From the NCBI RefSeq assembly GCF_001194135.2, contig NC_068984.1:78292453-78330333 (forward strand): 37,881 bases of DNA. The letters are read 5' to 3'. Below the pieces are notes generated by a model. It worked only from the letters and a program-made list of their open reading frames with translations, searched no databases and was not told the origin of the DNA. Below are positions 35,175-37,881 of the stretch, piece by piece. This DNA comes from Octopus bimaculoides (taxonomy: Eukaryota). Made by a program: the position numbers and the translations under genes. Each line of letters starts with the position of its first letter. The first letter of the stretch is position 1.

Positions 35175-37224
35175 TACATCGTTGCTATTATGCAAAAATA
35201 TCGTAAGTTCAAAACGCTGCTTTTTCATTATTCCATTTCTTCAACGGTTTCAGCTTAACAGTAATACTTTGTTGGGTGCATAAAATCGTAACTCCATGCA
35301 TGGATGATATTTTCAGTCAAAAATAGTTTTGCAAAACTGTCGTATGTGGGACTTACTACACTTTTGAAAAATGCTCAACCGTTGTNNNNNNNNNNNNNNN
35401 NNNNNNNNNNNNNNNNNNNNNNNNNNNNNNNNNNNNNNNNNNNNNNNNNNNNNNNNNNNNNNNNNNNNNNNNNNNNNNNNNNNNNNNNNNNNNNNNNNNN
35501 NNNNNNNNNNNNNNNNNNNNNNNNNNNNNNNNNNNNNNNNNNNNNNNNNNNNNNNNNNNNNNNNNNNNNNNNNNNNNNNNNNNNNNNNNNNNNNNNNNNN
35601 NNNNNNNNNNNNNNNNNNNNNNNNNNNNGTTTGTGGGAGGCGGGCTCGCTTGCCCACAGTAGCGAAAATTTTTGTTTTGACTTTGAGCCAAAAAAAAATA
35701 AAATAAAAAAATAGAACCTTTGAGTGAAGTCGACCGAGGTGGACGGAATTGGTTTTTGAGCTGTGTGTAATTTATGGTGTTTCTTTTTTCAGTAAATTCG
35801 CCAGCTCTAGAGCAGTTCCGTTTACTTTCGGCGACTTTAGGTTGTTGCTAATTTTTGTGGACAAAATTGTGTTTCTCGTTCGTCGTTATTGGTAGGCGTG
35901 TTCGAGTCACCATAAGGCGGACTGAGAATTTTTGTGAAAAACTTTTTGTGTCTCACTTAATTGCGAGAACTGTTGTTTTTGTGGGCGTATCTCGCCTCCG
36001 AAAAACTTGCAAAAAATTCTAACAATTTGTGATGGATTTCTCTGTGTTCCTGTTGCTGTGGCCCTGGATTATCTTTACTGGAATACCTGTAGGCTAGGAT
36101 TACCGAGTGGCCGGAATTGTGTTGTGACTTGAACTGTCTTCCTTCCTTCTTTTTCTCTGCTCTGTCTTTCTGTTCTTTCTGTATTTATTTATTTATTTTT
36201 GCTGTGAACCTTTTTGTTGAACTTTTCGTTGAACTTTTTTTTGAAAGCATGGCAAAAAGAGTAACANNNNNNNNNNNNNNNNNNNNNNNNNNNNNNNNNN
36301 NNNNNNNNNNNNNNNNNNNNNNNNNNNNNNNNNNNNNNNNNNNNNNNNNNNNNNNNNNNNNNNNNNNNNNNNNNNNNNNNNNNNNNNNNNNNNNNNNNNN
36401 NNNNNNNNNNNNNNNNNNNNNNNNNNNNNNNNNNNNNNNNNNNNNNNNNNNNNNNNNNNNNNNNNNNNNNNNNNNNNNNNNNNNNNNNNNNNNNNNNNNN
36501 NNNNNNNNNNNNNNNNNNNNNNNNNNNNNNNNNNNNNNNNNNNNNNNNNNNNNNNNNNNNNNNNNNNNNNNNNNNNNNNNNNNNNNNNNNNNNNNNNNNN
36601 NNNNNNNNNNNNNNNNNNNNNNNNNNNNNNNNNNNNNNNNNNNNNNNNNNNNNNNNNNNNNNNNNNNNNNNNNNNNNNNNNNNNNNNNNNNNNNNNNNNN
36701 NNNNNNNNNNNNNNNNNNNNNNNNNNNNNNNNNNNNNNNNNNNNNNNNNNNNNNNNNNNNNNNNNNNNNNNNNNNNNNNNNNNNNNNNNNNNNNNNNNNN
36801 NNNNNNNNNNNNNNNNNNNNNNNNNNNNNNNNNNNNNNNNNNNNNNNNNNNNNNNNNNNNNNNNNNNNNNNNNNNNNNNNNNNNNNNNNNNNNNNNNNNN
36901 NNNNNNNNNGTTAAAAATGAAGAATTTAGGGTGGGGTGTAATTTCAAAATGCCGATTTTTGCCAATTTTTTTACAGATTCGTATTCTCCGTAGCCGAAAC
37001 TGGGGTTTGTGTAGAAAAAAAAAAGATAAAAAAAGTCTTGCCGCAATGATATATATTCTTTTTATTGTTTTAGTCAACTGACTGCCGCCTTTAGATATAA
37101 GAATTTAAAAACTTCGGGAGAAGTGAAATAATTGGGTTTTAATGGTTGAACTGAAATTAGATTAAACTATAGACAATAGCGTGTAAATATTGGGTTAAAA
37201 AAACACTTTGGATGCAAAAAAAGT

Positions 37225-37298
37225 CAAAGGCCGCTCATGGGGCTCGAACCTACATCTTCTGTAAACATGACAGACATACTACCATTTGAATAACATAT
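37225..37298 (-). other. tRNA-like relic (SINE head or tRNA pseudogene)
   Basis: Reverse complement: A-box-like tattcaaatggtag, a 5-bp stem tctgt/acaga around the 7-nt loop catgttt, and B-box ggttcgagccc. The acceptor stem does not pair. Confidence 0.35.
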
Positions 37299-37539
37299 CT
37301 TCACTTTGCATATCTCATGCTTTTCATTGACGGACATACATTTGTATACCAGAAAGATATCTTTTCGGTGTTTAAACACATTTTGTTGTTATTGTTGAAG
37401 ATAAAAGAAATTTAAAATCCTGATTATTATTAATGTTATCATTATCATTACTATTATTGTTGGCCCTTTGATCTGTAAAAATAAATGATAATAATGTTTT
37501 GTTATAGTTGTTACTGGATTTTTCAGCTTTATTATTTAA

Positions 37540-37881
37540 CTAGCAGAAATACCCGGCGTTGCCCGGGTTAAAGAGAATAATGAAATCTAAAAACGCCGTC
37601 TAGACTACGCATCATCTTTATATATAGAGATGTATATACACACACGCACCCAAACACACGTATATATATGTATATCAATATAAATATATGAAAGTCAATG
37701 AAGTTTCGTAAAAGGTGATCATGTACATACTTTCTTGCTGTTGTGATTATAACACCTCGTTGTAAACAATGTTCCTTGTTTTCCCTTGTGGAGCATATAC
37801 GAATAGGTTTTTTTTGCTGCCCACTCTTGAGCAACCAACATACAGTTGTCCATGTGAGAAGCAGGGCTCTTCCAAGAGAGG
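37540..37881 (-). mobile_element. Helitron 3' end, continuing beyond the window; same family as 3489-5560
   Basis: Hairpin CCCGGGCAACGCCGGG followed by TATTTCTG-CTAG|T at 37540. The terminal 70 bp or so are nearly identical to 3489-3560, and the helicase C-terminus lies just upstream on the minus strand. Confidence 0.92.
37747..37881 (-). CDS. Helitron RepHel Pif1-type helicase, C-terminal 44 codons (open to the window edge; missing from the ORF track)
   Basis: PLLEEPCFSHGQLYVGCSRVGSKKNLFVYAPQGKTRNIVYNEVL*, with the hallmark FSHGQLYVA-x-SRV...T-x-NIVY-x-EVL motif and no disablement in the visible part. Confidence 0.9.
   Translation of the reverse strand, partial: PLLEEPCFSHGQLYVGCSRVGSKKNLFVYAPQGKTRNIVYNEVL

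Larger units (their letters stand above)
1300..36909. other. Assembly gaps: 1300-1438, 2640-3245, 8097-8106, 12332-12806, 24920-25603, 27284-28009, 35386-35628, 36267-36909
   Basis: Runs of N. The long X-containing ORFs in the track are artefacts of these gaps. Confidence 0.99.

Noticed and set aside
37540-37630. Apparent 91-bp mini-Helitron (minus strand A|TCTCTATATATAAAG...hairpin-CTAG|T)
   Set aside because: The helicase stop codon lies only about 120 bp further on and similarity to copy 1 continues past 37630 (agatgtatata), so this is more simply the 3' UTR of the long element.

Overview
AT-rich, microsatellite-dense metazoan DNA with eight assembly gaps (about 3.5 kb of N). The SINE families and repeat landscape suggest a cephalopod, probably Octopus; this is an inference, not a database result. 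Almost all recognisable sequence is transposable-element debris. DNA transposons: three mariners (one mellifera-like D34D, two irritans/Himar-like), a maT/DD37D-like element, hAT and piggyBac-type MITEs, and two copies of one Helitron family (one carrying the RepHel N-terminus, the other the Pif1 helicase C-terminus). Retroelements: a solo LTR, RTE and CR1-group LINE fragments, two different RLE-type non-LTR elements (HERO-like and R4/Dong-like), Penelope-like GIY-YIG fragments and several tRNA-derived SINEs. Nearly all ORFs in the supplied track are microsatellite or N artefacts or off-frame reads of these elements. No intact host gene is established; there are only weak exon or promoter candidates (6334-6450, 24348-24521, 35629-36266). 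I cannot support a wholly new biological system. The best leads are decayed minimal hammerhead-ribozyme-like motifs in Penelope-type repeats, a PHD-like Cys/His insert inside an RTE reverse transcriptase, a well-preserved mellifera-type mariner (possible horizontal transfer), and the split Helitron pair.
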